A stretch of 64,000 nucleotides of DNA from Desulfurobacterium atlanticum (GTDB taxonomy: Bacteria > Aquificota > Aquificia > Desulfurobacteriales > Desulfurobacteriaceae). Position numbers and translations under genes: made by a program. A model generated the notes under the pieces. The model searched no databases and was not told the DNA's origin. It was given only the letters and a program-made list of their open reading frames with translations. This document shows, in pieces, positions 9,553 to 18,375 of this stretch (position 1 is its first letter; each line of letters begins with the position of its first letter). The stretch covers positions 198,101 through 262,100 of the forward strand of contig NZ_FZOB01000001.1 of the NCBI RefSeq assembly GCF_900188395.1. The letters run 5' to 3'.

Positions 9553-12500
9553 ATGTATTCAGTCGGTATAGATATAGGTTCAACAACAATTAAGTGTGTG
9601 GTTATAGATGAGAACGGAAAAATTCTGTTCAAAAGTTATGAGAGGCATGAAGCAAAACAGGGAGAAAAACTTTTAAATCTTCTTTTTGAAATAGAGAAAC
9701 GGTTTGGTAAGAAGTTTTCTCTTTTTATGACAGGAAGCGGTGCTACTATTTTTTCAAACATTCTGGATGTGAAATTCATTCAGGAAGTTAACGCTGTTAG
9801 TATAGCAGTTGAGCATTATGAAGCTGATACCAGAACCGTTATTGAGCTTGGCGGTCAGGATGCCAAAATGATTTTCTGGCAGGAGGTAAAAGGAAAAAAA
9901 AGAAAGATTACAACTATGAACGATAAGTGTGCTGGCGGAACCGGTGCAACGATAGATAGAATTGTTTCAAAGTTAAAAATACCTGTAAAAAAGGCTGTTG
10001 ATGTTAAATATGACCCTTCAAAGGTTTATCCCGTTGCTGCAAAGTGCGGTGTTTTTGCTGAAACGGATATAACAGGATTGCAGAAGTGTGGAGTTGAGCC
10101 GGATTCTTTACTTATTTCCCTTTTTGATGCCATTGTGTTACAGAATTTAACCGTCCTAACAAGGGGATACACAGTTGCTCCAAAGGTTTTGCTTCTTGGT
10201 GGTCCAAATACATTTTTTAAAGGACTGCAGGAAGCATGGAGATACCATATAGAAAATCTCTGGAAAGAAAAATCTATACCCTATTCTGAAAAAAGTGTTG
10301 TTATTCCTGAAAATTCCCAGATTTTTGCAGCCCTTGGAGCGGCAATTTACGGATTAAAAGAACCATGTATTTATAATGGAACAGAGTCTCTTTTGTCTTT
10401 TCTTTCAAAGGGTGAGGATGAACTGAAGAGAAAGACAGGAGTTGTAGGACTTTTAAAGAATAAAGAGGAACTTGAAGAGTTTAAAAAGGAAGTTTTTCGG
10501 TTTAGTTCTCGCTCGGTTGAATATACTTCTTTTTCATCTGAAAAAATAGATGTTTTTATAGGGATAGACGGTGGTTCCACGTCAACAAAAGTTGTCCTGA
10601 TAGATAAAGAAAAAAGGGTTGTGGAAAAGGCTTATACCCTCTCTTCTGGAAATCCTATAACAGATGTTAAGAGACTTTTTAAAGAGATAAGGGAAAGGTT
10701 AAAAAAGAAGGGAATTGAAGTTTCTGTTAGGGGTGTGGGTGTTACTGGATATGCCAAAGAGATGATTAAAGAGATTGTAAGTGCTGATGTGGCTGTGGTT
10801 GAGACGGTAGCACATACCATTTCTGCTCTTTCCTTCTTTAATGATATAGATGTGATTGTTGATGTAGGTGGTCAGGATATAAAGGTGATTTTTATGTCAA
10901 ACAACACTGTAAAAGATTTTAAATTAAATACTCAGTGTTCAGCAGGTAACGGATATTTTCTTCAGACAACTGCTGAAAGGTTTGGATTTTCGGTTGAAGA
11001 GTATGCAGATGTGGCTTTCAGGGCAAAGTATGTTCCTGATTTTAATTTTGGATGTGCTGTTTTCCTTGAGCAGGATATTGTTGATTTCCAGCGTCTTGGC
11101 TGGGAGCCGCACGAGATAATGGCAGGACTTGCAAAGGTTTTACCCAAAAATATCTGGCTTTATGTGGTTCAGGAGCCGAACTTAAGAAAATTCGGAAAGA
11201 GATTCCTTTTACAGGGAGGAACCCAGAGAAACCTTGCAGCTGTAAAAGCCCAGTATGATTTTATAAAAGAGCGGGTTCCTGATGCTGAGATTTTTGTTCA
11301 TCCTTTGACAGGGGAAGCCGGAGCTTTCGGGGCTGCTGTAGAAGCCATGAAGACAGAAAAAACGGTATTTCCCGGCTTTGATGTTGTAGAAAATATGGAG
11401 ATAGATGTTAAAAGTGATGAATCTACCCGTTGCACGTTCTGTTCTAATAGATGTGTAAGAACGTTTATTTACTTTAAAAATAAGCTTTACATCATAGCAC
11501 CCTGCGAAAAGGGAAGTGTTGAGACGATTGATGAACTGAAAGAGAAAATCAATGAGTTGAAGGAGATAAAGAACAAGTATCCCAATATGCAGGAAATTTC
11601 GGCACAGCTTTGTTTTAAAGAACCAACGGTAGATTTGATTTCAAATAAGTTAAGCGGAATAACCGTTGGAATGCCAAGGGTTTTAAACTTCTACTCTATT
11701 GCTCCCTTCTTTTACGGTTACTTTAAATCTCTCGGGGCAAAAGTAATTTTCTCTCCGTATACTACCGAAGAGATGATTAAAAAGGACCTTGTAGGCGGAG
11801 CCATAGACCCCTGTTTTCCGAGTAAAATAGCTCTTGCCCATGTTGTTAATCTTATAAGAAAAAAGCCAGATATTATATTTTTCCCGAAAATCTTAACCCT
11901 TCAAAAAATGATACCAGATTCTGAAGATTCAAAGGCGTGTCCTACTGTCTCTGGAACTCCTATGGTTGTTAAAGCTGCATTGACAAAAGAGAGGAATGTT
12001 TTTGCCGAAAAAGGTATAAAGTTTGTTTCTCCGATTATCCATTTTCACGATCTGGATTACCTTGAGTTTGAAATGTTTGAAACATTTAGAGAGTTTGGAA
12101 TATCAAAAGAGGAGAACAGTAAAGCTGTAAGGGGAGGGTTGTTGGCACTTAATAAATATTACAACACTTTAAAAAGTATGGGGAAAGAGATTTTGGACAG
12201 AGCTGAGCAGGAAGGTAAGATTGTAATTCTTGCCCTTGGAAGGCCTTACCACAATGACCCGGGAATAAATCACGGGATTACAGGAGAACTTCAAAAGAAA
12301 GGTTATCCCATTATTTCAGTTGATTCACTTCCTGAAAACAGAAATATCTCTTTATCTTCTGTTTATAAGAAATCTTATAGTGAGAATACCAACAGAAAAC
12401 TCTGGGCTGCACTTTATGCAGCATCCTGTCCAAACATGGCGGTTCTTGACTTTTCAAGTTTCAGGTGTGGTCCAGATGCCCCAACATACAGATTGATTGA

Positions 12501-12651
12501 AAAGATTATGGAGGAAAGTGGAACTCCGTATTTTACCTTCCATGAAATCGATGAGAATAAACCTTCAGGTGCCATAAAGATAAGGGTTGAGACGATAGAT
12601 TACTTTCTCAGGCAGTATGAAAAGAATCTGCTTAACTCTTCTCGCCGGTAA
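9553..12651 (+). CDS. CoA-substrate-specific enzyme activase, fused double BadF/BadG/BcrA/BcrD-type ATPase + DUF2229-like C-terminal domain
   Basis: 1032 aa; two ASKHA ATPase repeats (GIDIGSTTIKCVVID...; GIDGGSTSTKVVLID...), Cys cluster (CTFCSNRC) and long C-terminal domain, as in 2-hydroxyglutaryl-CoA dehydratase activator fusions. Confidence 0.8.
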   Translation: MYSVGIDIGSTTIKCVVIDENGKILFKSYERHEAKQGEKLLNLLFEIEKRFGKKFSLFMTGSGATIFSNILDVKFIQEVNAVSIAVEHYEADTRTVIELGGQDAKMIFWQEVKGKKRKITTMNDKCAGGTGATIDRIVSKLKIPVKKAVDVKYDPSKVYPVAAKCGVFAETDITGLQKCGVEPDSLLISLFDAIVLQNLTVLTRGYTVAPKVLLLGGPNTFFKGLQEAWRYHIENLWKEKSIPYSEKSVVIPENSQIFAALGAAIYGLKEPCIYNGTESLLSFLSKGEDELKRKTGVVGLLKNKEELEEFKKEVFRFSSRSVEYTSFSSEKIDVFIGIDGGSTSTKVVLIDKEKRVVEKAYTLSSGNPITDVKRLFKEIRERLKKKGIEVSVRGVGVTGYAKEMIKEIVSADVAVVETVAHTISALSFFNDIDVIVDVGGQDIKVIFMSNNTVKDFKLNTQCSAGNGYFLQTTAERFGFSVEEYADVAFRAKYVPDFNFGCAVFLEQDIVDFQRLGWEPHEIMAGLAKVLPKNIWLYVVQEPNLRKFGKRFLLQGGTQRNLAAVKAQYDFIKERVPDAEIFVHPLTGEAGAFGAAVEAMKTEKTVFPGFDVVENMEIDVKSDESTRCTFCSNRCVRTFIYFKNKLYIIAPCEKGSVETIDELKEKINELKEIKNKYPNMQEISAQLCFKEPTVDLISNKLSGITVGMPRVLNFYSIAPFFYGYFKSLGAKVIFSPYTTEEMIKKDLVGGAIDPCFPSKIALAHVVNLIRKKPDIIFFPKILTLQKMIPDSEDSKACPTVSGTPMVVKAALTKERNVFAEKGIKFVSPIIHFHDLDYLEFEMFETFREFGISKEENSKAVRGGLLALNKYYNTLKSMGKEILDRAEQEGKIVILALGRPYHNDPGINHGITGELQKKGYPIISVDSLPENRNISLSSVYKKSYSENTNRKLWAALYAASCPNMAVLDFSSFRCGPDAPTYRLIEKIMEESGTPYFTFHEIDENKPSGAIKIRVETIDYFLRQYEKNLLNSSRR

Positions 12652-12850
12652 CAATTTTTTTCAATACAACTATGGTTATAAAGCCGTTAACAATTGCAAA
12701 GGGAAGACTTTTTAGGAGAATGCTGTAAACGGTTAATGTAAAGGAAGCAAACAGGTTAAACCATAAAAATAATCTGAATCTCTTTAAGTAAAGGAAAAGA
12801 TAGGCTAAAAGCAGTAGAAAACATCCAAGCCAGCCGATAAGTTCAACCAT
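12632..12850 (-). CDS. Small hypothetical membrane protein (2 TM)
   Basis: ORF 12632..12901; internal Met (MVELIGWLGCFLLLLAYLF...) chosen to avoid overlap with upstream AEC transporter gene; strongly hydrophobic. Confidence 0.35.
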   Translation of the reverse strand: MVELIGWLGCFLLLLAYLFLYLKRFRLFLWFNLFASFTLTVYSILLKSLPFAIVNGFITIVVLKKIVTGEKS

Positions 12851-12858
12851 TTCACCTC

Positions 12859-13749
12859 TCATATTAAAGGAAGCAGGAATTTTACAACTATAAAAAGCCA
12901 TACAGGTGAGATAAGCGTTGAAAAAAATATAATTGACGCACTTATGTCAGGGTCCTGTTTAAATCTATCGCAAAGGACGAAATTTAAAATTGCTGATGGC
13001 AGCGTTGATTGGACAAAGATTGTTTTTTTAAGTAGTTCAGGGCAGGAAAATGTTTTAACTGTTAAAAATGAAATAAAGGTTCCTCCTATAAGCCTTAGTA
13101 AAGCACCTGAAATGCCTGTATGCAGATTTTCCATCTTTATGCTGGAAAGTTTTATGCCTATTGTTATAAGCATTAGCGGCATAGTTGAATCTCCCATTAG
13201 TTTTAACATCTTTTCCATACCGTCTGGTAAAGGTATGTTTTTAAAAAAGAAGGAAAAAATTACTGCATAAATGAGCGGGATTTTTAAAGTTTCAACTATT
13301 CCATCTTTTAAGCTGTCAGGATTGAGAGCTACAACTGCTATTGTAAAATGTATTATTGTTACAAGCACCATGTATGTAACCGCATATCCGAGAGCGTTTT
13401 CTCCAAAAAGAACATAAATAAGCGGAAGTCCAAGATATCCGATATTCATTATTGAGGACGAAAGTTCAAAAGCAGGGATACGCCTTTTATAGAAAATTTT
13501 TGCAAACAGGAAAGCTATGAACCAGATACTACCTATAGTTACTGTTCCATTGATAGCTATATATGTAAAACTTTCTACTGTTATGTGAAGTTTCCTGAAA
13601 GAAGAAAAGACAAGAGCAGGAGCGAGGAAGTAGAGAACAATAAAAGTTATTCCTTCTGTATCAAGTCTTTTTTTGGCTTTTCCCGCAATAAACCCGAGAG
13701 CTATTAGTATGTATATAGGGAAAATAACATTCAGTATTATTGTTTCCAT
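12859..13749 (-). CDS. AEC (auxin efflux carrier / malate permease-like) family transporter
   Basis: 296 aa, ~10 TM, N-terminus METIILNVIFPIYILIALGFIAGK typical of AEC family. Confidence 0.8.
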   Translation of the reverse strand: METIILNVIFPIYILIALGFIAGKAKKRLDTEGITFIVLYFLAPALVFSSFRKLHITVESFTYIAINGTVTIGSIWFIAFLFAKIFYKRRIPAFELSSSIMNIGYLGLPLIYVLFGENALGYAVTYMVLVTIIHFTIAVVALNPDSLKDGIVETLKIPLIYAVIFSFFFKNIPLPDGMEKMLKLMGDSTMPLMLITIGIKLSSIKMENLHTGISGALLRLIGGTFISFLTVKTFSCPELLKKTIFVQSTLPSAILNFVLCDRFKQDPDISASIIFFSTLISPVWLFIVVKFLLPLI

Positions 13750-13761
13750 GAAATTCCTTTT

Positions 13762-14499
13762 TTATAAAACAAAATGTTCTCCAAGGTAAACTTTCTTGAC
13801 TTTCTCTGAAGATATTATCTCTTCAGGTGTTCCTTCTGCAAGCACTTTTCCATGGCTTATAATGTAAGCTCTATCTATAATTCTCAGAGTTTCTCTTACA
13901 TTATGGTCTGTTATTAAAATACCGATGTCTCTTTTTTTCAACTCTTTTATAAGATTTTGAATATCTGCAACAGCTATGGGATCGACTCCTGCAAATGGTT
14001 CATCAAGAAGAAGAAATTTCGGCTTTATTGTTAAAGCTCTTGCTATTTCAAGCCTTCTTCTTTCTCCTCCTGAAAGGGTATCTGCCCGATTTTTTCTTAA
14101 ATGTTTTATTCCAAACTCTTCAAGCAGTGTTTCTGTTGTTTTCTCTATCTCTCTTTTTGGGTAGTTGTGCATCTCCATTACGGCAATAAGATTCTCTTCA
14201 ACAGTAAGCTTTCTGAAAATTGAAGCTTCCTGTGGAAGGTATGATAAACCTTTCCTTGCACGGATGTATGTTGGATCGTTTGTTATCTCTTCCTCTCCGA
14301 TGAAAACTTTTCCATCTTCAGGTTTTACAAGTCCGATTATGCAATAAAAAGTGGTTGTTTTTCCTGCACCGTTTGGCCCAAGCAAGCCTACAACCTCTCC
14401 TTCTTTTACTTTAAGAGAAACATTTTCAACAACTGTTCTACTTCCGTAAACTTTTTTAAGGTTAACTGCTGAAAGCACATTCAGGTCAGAAGTGTTCAT
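13762..14499 (-). CDS. lptB: LPS export ABC transporter ATP-binding protein LptB
   Basis: 245 aa; Walker [15 protein letters not shown] signature [15 protein letters not shown], Walker B LLLDEP; sits downstream of lptC-lptA. Confidence 0.9.
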   Translation of the reverse strand: MNTSDLNVLSAVNLKKVYGSRTVVENVSLKVKEGEVVGLLGPNGAGKTTTFYCIIGLVKPEDGKVFIGEEEITNDPTYIRARKGLSYLPQEASIFRKLTVEENLIAVMEMHNYPKREIEKTTETLLEEFGIKHLRKNRADTLSGGERRRLEIARALTIKPKFLLLDEPFAGVDPIAVADIQNLIKELKKRDIGILITDHNVRETLRIIDRAYIISHGKVLAEGTPEEIISSEKVKKVYLGEHFVL

Positions 14500-14969
14500 T
14501 TTTCTGTTTCCTCTGGATAGATTATGGTTTTGACCTTCTGTTTTATCCCTTCAACTGTTACATTTCCGTTTCTAAATGCTACGATTCTATCTCCTATGAT
14601 CACATTTTTTCCCTGTTTTAACTGGGCGTTTCCTTTCAGTATCACTTTTTCCTGTCCAGGAAAGTATTCAAGTTCATCGCATTTACCACTTCCCTGCTTC
14701 CATCTAAATGTAACATTACCAACCATTACCGCTTTTTCAACAACCTTTCCGGTTTTATCAAAGTAAAGGTATAGTTTGTCTCCTTTTATTGTCAGGTCGC
14801 CTTTCTCAACAATAACGTTCCCGATGTATGTGGCTATCTGTTTATTTTTGTCGTAGGTAAGCTGTCTTGCTTCAACAATAAGCGGGAAATTTTCATTTTT
14901 AGCTGTTTTTCCGTAAACATTAAGTGTCAATGAAACGGCAGTGATAAAAAGTATTATCAGTTTTTTCAT
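14496..14969 (-). CDS. lptA: LPS transport periplasmic protein LptA (OstA-like)
   Basis: 157 aa, signal peptide, OstA-N beta-jellyroll repeats; between lptC and lptB. Confidence 0.75.
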   Translation of the reverse strand: MKKLIILFITAVSLTLNVYGKTAKNENFPLIVEARQLTYDKNKQIATYIGNVIVEKGDLTIKGDKLYLYFDKTGKVVEKAVMVGNVTFRWKQGSGKCDELEYFPGQEKVILKGNAQLKQGKNVIIGDRIVAFRNGNVTVEGIKQKVKTIIYPEETEK

Positions 14970-15511
14970 CTTTTCTCTCCTTCTTTAAATGCTTCTCCAA
15001 TTACTGTTGAAACCCCTTGCTTAATTATAACTTTTCCGTTTCTTAAATTTATAAGGCACTGATTGCCTTTTATAGTGTAGCCGTTTTTAAAATCTATAAT
15101 ACATGGAGTTATTGATTTGAAAATTTCTGTTTTTCCGTTGAAAATGCCTTCTGTGGTTTTAGCTATAAAGTCTCTACTTTCAAGTTTTATGTTTTTTAAA
15201 ATTGTTATATTTTCTTTTTGATTGTATGTTGCTTTTTTTGCGTATATTGTAGAGTTGCTTGAGAATATTTTAAAAATGGGATCTTCAAGAATTACCACAT
15301 CTTTTCCTTTAAAAGAAGCTTTTGGAGATTTTAATGTCCATTTTTCTCCTTTTTTTGATAGTTCTGTAAATGTAAATTTCTCAACAGTTTGTTCCTTATA
15401 TCTTTTAAGCTCTTTTTTAGGGTAAGGTTCACTTTTAAGAGTGAAGTAAAGTAAGGGCAGTAAGCCTATAAGCAGAAGCAAAAGGGCTAATTTAAAGAGT
15501 TTTTCTCTCAC
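14966..15511 (-). CDS. lptC: LPS export system protein LptC
   Basis: 181 aa, single N-terminal TM anchor then beta-rich periplasmic domain; position between kdsC and lptA. Confidence 0.6.
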   Translation of the reverse strand: MREKLFKLALLLLLIGLLPLLYFTLKSEPYPKKELKRYKEQTVEKFTFTELSKKGEKWTLKSPKASFKGKDVVILEDPIFKIFSSNSTIYAKKATYNQKENITILKNIKLESRDFIAKTTEGIFNGKTEIFKSITPCIIDFKNGYTIKGNQCLINLRNGKVIIKQGVSTVIGEAFKEGEKR

Positions 15512-15975
15512 TCTATCTCACCTATTATTCTCTCTATAAATTCTCTTACTGCTCCTTTGCCACCGGGATATACGCTTACAAAGTCAACTTCTTTTTTTAC
15601 TTTCCTTACAGCGTCTATTGGTGCTCCTGAAAATCCAACTTTTTTAAGAAGAGGGAGGTCTGGAATGTCATCGCCCATATAGGCAACCTGATAGTAGGTT
15701 ATTCCTAACTTTTCTACCAGTTCATCGCACACTTTTACTTTGTCTTCTACATTTTGAAACACATAATTTATTCCCAATTCGCCGCATCTTTTTTCAACCA
15801 TTGAGGAGATACGTCCTGTTATTACAGCAAAAGTTATGCTTTTTTGTATGGCGTATTTTATTGCAAATCCGTCTTTTACGTTGAATCTTTTATACTCTCT
15901 GCCTTCACTATCGTAATATATAGAACCATCGGTCATTACACCATCAACATCAAGAACTATAAGCTTAATATCCAT
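15508..15975 (-). CDS. kdsC: 3-deoxy-D-manno-octulosonate 8-phosphate phosphatase (HAD family)
   Basis: 155 aa; HAD motif I LIVLDVDGVMTDG, ...GDDIPDL... motif IV. Confidence 0.85.
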   Translation of the reverse strand: MDIKLIVLDVDGVMTDGSIYYDSEGREYKRFNVKDGFAIKYAIQKSITFAVITGRISSMVEKRCGELGINYVFQNVEDKVKVCDELVEKLGITYYQVAYMGDDIPDLPLLKKVGFSGAPIDAVRKVKKEVDFVSVYPGGKGAVREFIERIIGEIE

Positions 15976-16940
15976 TAAAACCTCCTGCCTAAAATATCGT
16001 GAAGGTGAATTATTCCTTTAAGATTTCCTTTCTGGTCCACTACTGGTAGAACTGTTATTTTATACTTTTCCATCTTTTCTATCGCTTTTTCTGCAAACTC
16101 CTCCTCTTCAATAGTTTTTGGCGATATGGTCATAGCATCTCTTACAGGAGCTTTAATGTTTCCGTCCTTTTCAAAAAATCTTCTTAAATCGCCATCTGTC
16201 AATATACCTACAAGTTTTCCGTTTTCCACTACAAGTGTTGCTCCCACTTTTTTGGAGGATATCTCATATATGGCATCTTTTATTGATGTTTCAGGAGATA
16301 CTACAGGAACATCTTCTCCCTTTCTCATAAGTTCTTTTACCTTTGAAAGTCTTATGCCCAGTTTGCCGCCAGGGTGGTATCTGGCAAAATCTTCACTTTT
16401 AAAGCCTTTTTCAACCATTAAAGCTGCTGCAATTGCATCTCCAAGCGCAAGGGTGGCTGTTGTTGTTGTCATTGGAGCAAGACCGAGTGGACATGCTTCC
16501 CTTTCAATTCCAAGATAAAGAGAAATATCAGCAAGCTTTGCAAGTGATGATGTTGGGTCATTTGTTATTGCTATTATAGGAATTCCAAAACTTTTGATTA
16601 CTGGAATGATATTTAAAACCTCTTTAGTTTCTCCGCTATTTGAAATGGCTATTACCGTATCATCACCTTTTAGCATTCCAAGGTCTCCGTGAATTGCATC
16701 TGCTGGATGAAGAAAGAATGCTGGTGTCCCTGTGCTTGAGAGTGTTGCTGCTATTTTTTTACATATAAGTCCAGATTTACCCATACCTGTTAATACAACT
16801 CTCCCCCTGGTAGTTAAAAGTAAGTTTACTGCTTTTGAAAAGTTCTCACCTATTTTCTCTTTAAGGGATATTATTGCTTTTCCTTCTTCTTCAAGCACCT
16901 TTTTCGCTGTTTCAACTATTCTTCTTTTTCTATTTTCCAC
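15975..16940 (-). CDS. kdsD: Arabinose-5-phosphate isomerase (SIS + tandem CBS domains)
   Basis: 321 aa; SIS domain (GMGKSG...), C-terminal CBS pair. Confidence 0.9.
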   Translation of the reverse strand: MENRKRRIVETAKKVLEEEGKAIISLKEKIGENFSKAVNLLLTTRGRVVLTGMGKSGLICKKIAATLSSTGTPAFFLHPADAIHGDLGMLKGDDTVIAISNSGETKEVLNIIPVIKSFGIPIIAITNDPTSSLAKLADISLYLGIEREACPLGLAPMTTTTATLALGDAIAAALMVEKGFKSEDFARYHPGGKLGIRLSKVKELMRKGEDVPVVSPETSIKDAIYEISSKKVGATLVVENGKLVGILTDGDLRRFFEKDGNIKAPVRDAMTISPKTIEEEEFAEKAIEKMEKYKITVLPVVDQKGNLKGIIHLHDILGRRF

Positions 16941-17064
16941 TTAATACTCCTTGAATTTAAGGTATAATTTAAAAGTAGTTCTTTGTTTAGCTTTGTCAGT
17001 CTGCTTATCTTCAATCTGCAGCCTAATTTTACAATAGAAATTTTATGATGGGGTCACGAAAATT

Positions 17065-18375
17065 ATGGATATAAAACCGTTACTTCAGCAAAAGTTGACA
17101 GTTGAGCTTAAGTTAACTCCGGCTCTTATGCACAGTATGGAGTTATTACAACTTCCTATTATTGAACTTGAAAACGCTTTAAAAGATGAAATAGAAACAA
17201 ATCCTGTTATTGAAATTGAAGAACAGGAAGAAGATTCAGTGGTCAGTGTAGATAAAGAAGGTTCAGAAAGTGTATGGGATTTTGTTGTTGATGGGGGAAA
17301 TCTTGTTTTTATTGATGATTCAGAAACTTTTGATCCTCTTTCAATAAAGCCCTCTCCTGTTTCTTTAAGGGATAGACTGCTTAAGCAGGCTTCTCTTGAG
17401 TTTGATGGTAAAGATTTTGAGATTGCGAAGTTTATTATAGATAACCTTGATACGACCGGTTTTTTAAAAATTCCTTTTTCAGAAATTGCTTCAGAATTTG
17501 GTGTTTCTACTGAACAGGTTGAGAGTGTCAGGAAAAAAATATTGCGATTTGATCCTGTCGGTTGTGCTGCAAAAGATATTATTGAGTGTTTTAAAGTTCA
17601 GGCGGAAGAGATTGGTGCTCCTGAAAAATTTGTAAAAGCTATTGAGTATATTGATGAATTAAGGAAAGGAAGCTCCTTTTTTGTGAAAAAAACCGGATTT
17701 TCAGAAAAAGAGCTTGAGGAGTTTCTTTCTCTTTTAAGACATTTAGACCCTCAGCCTGGAAGTGATACTGAGACTGTAAGGATAGTGCCAGACCTTTTTG
17801 TTGGATTAAGGGATGGTAAGCCAGAAGTAAAGGTTTTAAAAACAAAAATGTTTAATTTCAGGTTAAACACCGCTTATCTTAAAACGGCAGATACTAAAGA
17901 ACTTAAAAAATATCTTATGGAGAAATATCAGAGGGCTTTAAACCTAAAGAAAGCCATAGACCAGAGAAATCAAACATTAAAATCTATTGGAGAGGTAGTT
18001 TTTTCTCACCAGATAGAGTTTCTTAAAAAAGGGGAGAAATACATTAAACCCCTTGGATATAAAGATGTGGCTGAAAAACTTTCTATTCATGAATCAACAG
18101 TCAGCAGAGCTGTTAAAGATAAGTTTGTTGAGACACCTTTCGGTGTCTATCCTTTTAAGGTCTTCTTTAAAAGAGCTGTTTCAGGGACAAGTTCTGACAG
18201 AATAAAAGAGTTAATAAAAGAGATAATAGAGAGTGAGGATAAAAGGAAGCCATTTAGTGACCTGAAGATTTCTCAGATTTTGAAAGAAAAAGGTGTGAAA
18301 GTTGCAAGAAGGACTGTGGCTAAATACAGGGAAGAGATGGGAATACCCGGAGCTTTTGAAAGGAGAGAGAGATGA
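17065..18375 (+). CDS. rpoN: RNA polymerase sigma-54 factor
   Basis: 436 aa; region I MDIKPLLQQKLTVELKLTPALMHSMELLQLP, HTH, C-terminal RpoN box ARRTVAKYRE. Confidence 0.95.
   Translation: MDIKPLLQQKLTVELKLTPALMHSMELLQLPIIELENALKDEIETNPVIEIEEQEEDSVVSVDKEGSESVWDFVVDGGNLVFIDDSETFDPLSIKPSPVSLRDRLLKQASLEFDGKDFEIAKFIIDNLDTTGFLKIPFSEIASEFGVSTEQVESVRKKILRFDPVGCAAKDIIECFKVQAEEIGAPEKFVKAIEYIDELRKGSSFFVKKTGFSEKELEEFLSLLRHLDPQPGSDTETVRIVPDLFVGLRDGKPEVKVLKTKMFNFRLNTAYLKTADTKELKKYLMEKYQRALNLKKAIDQRNQTLKSIGEVVFSHQIEFLKKGEKYIKPLGYKDVAEKLSIHESTVSRAVKDKFVETPFGVYPFKVFFKRAVSGTSSDRIKELIKEIIESEDKRKPFSDLKISQILKEKGVKVARRTVAKYREEMGIPGAFERRER

Noticed and set aside
16941-17064. Sigma-70 promoter call (TTGAAT...TATAAT) upstream of rpoN
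   Set aside because: Hexamers present but spacing (6 nt) is incompatible with a functional -35/-10 pair; left unannotated.
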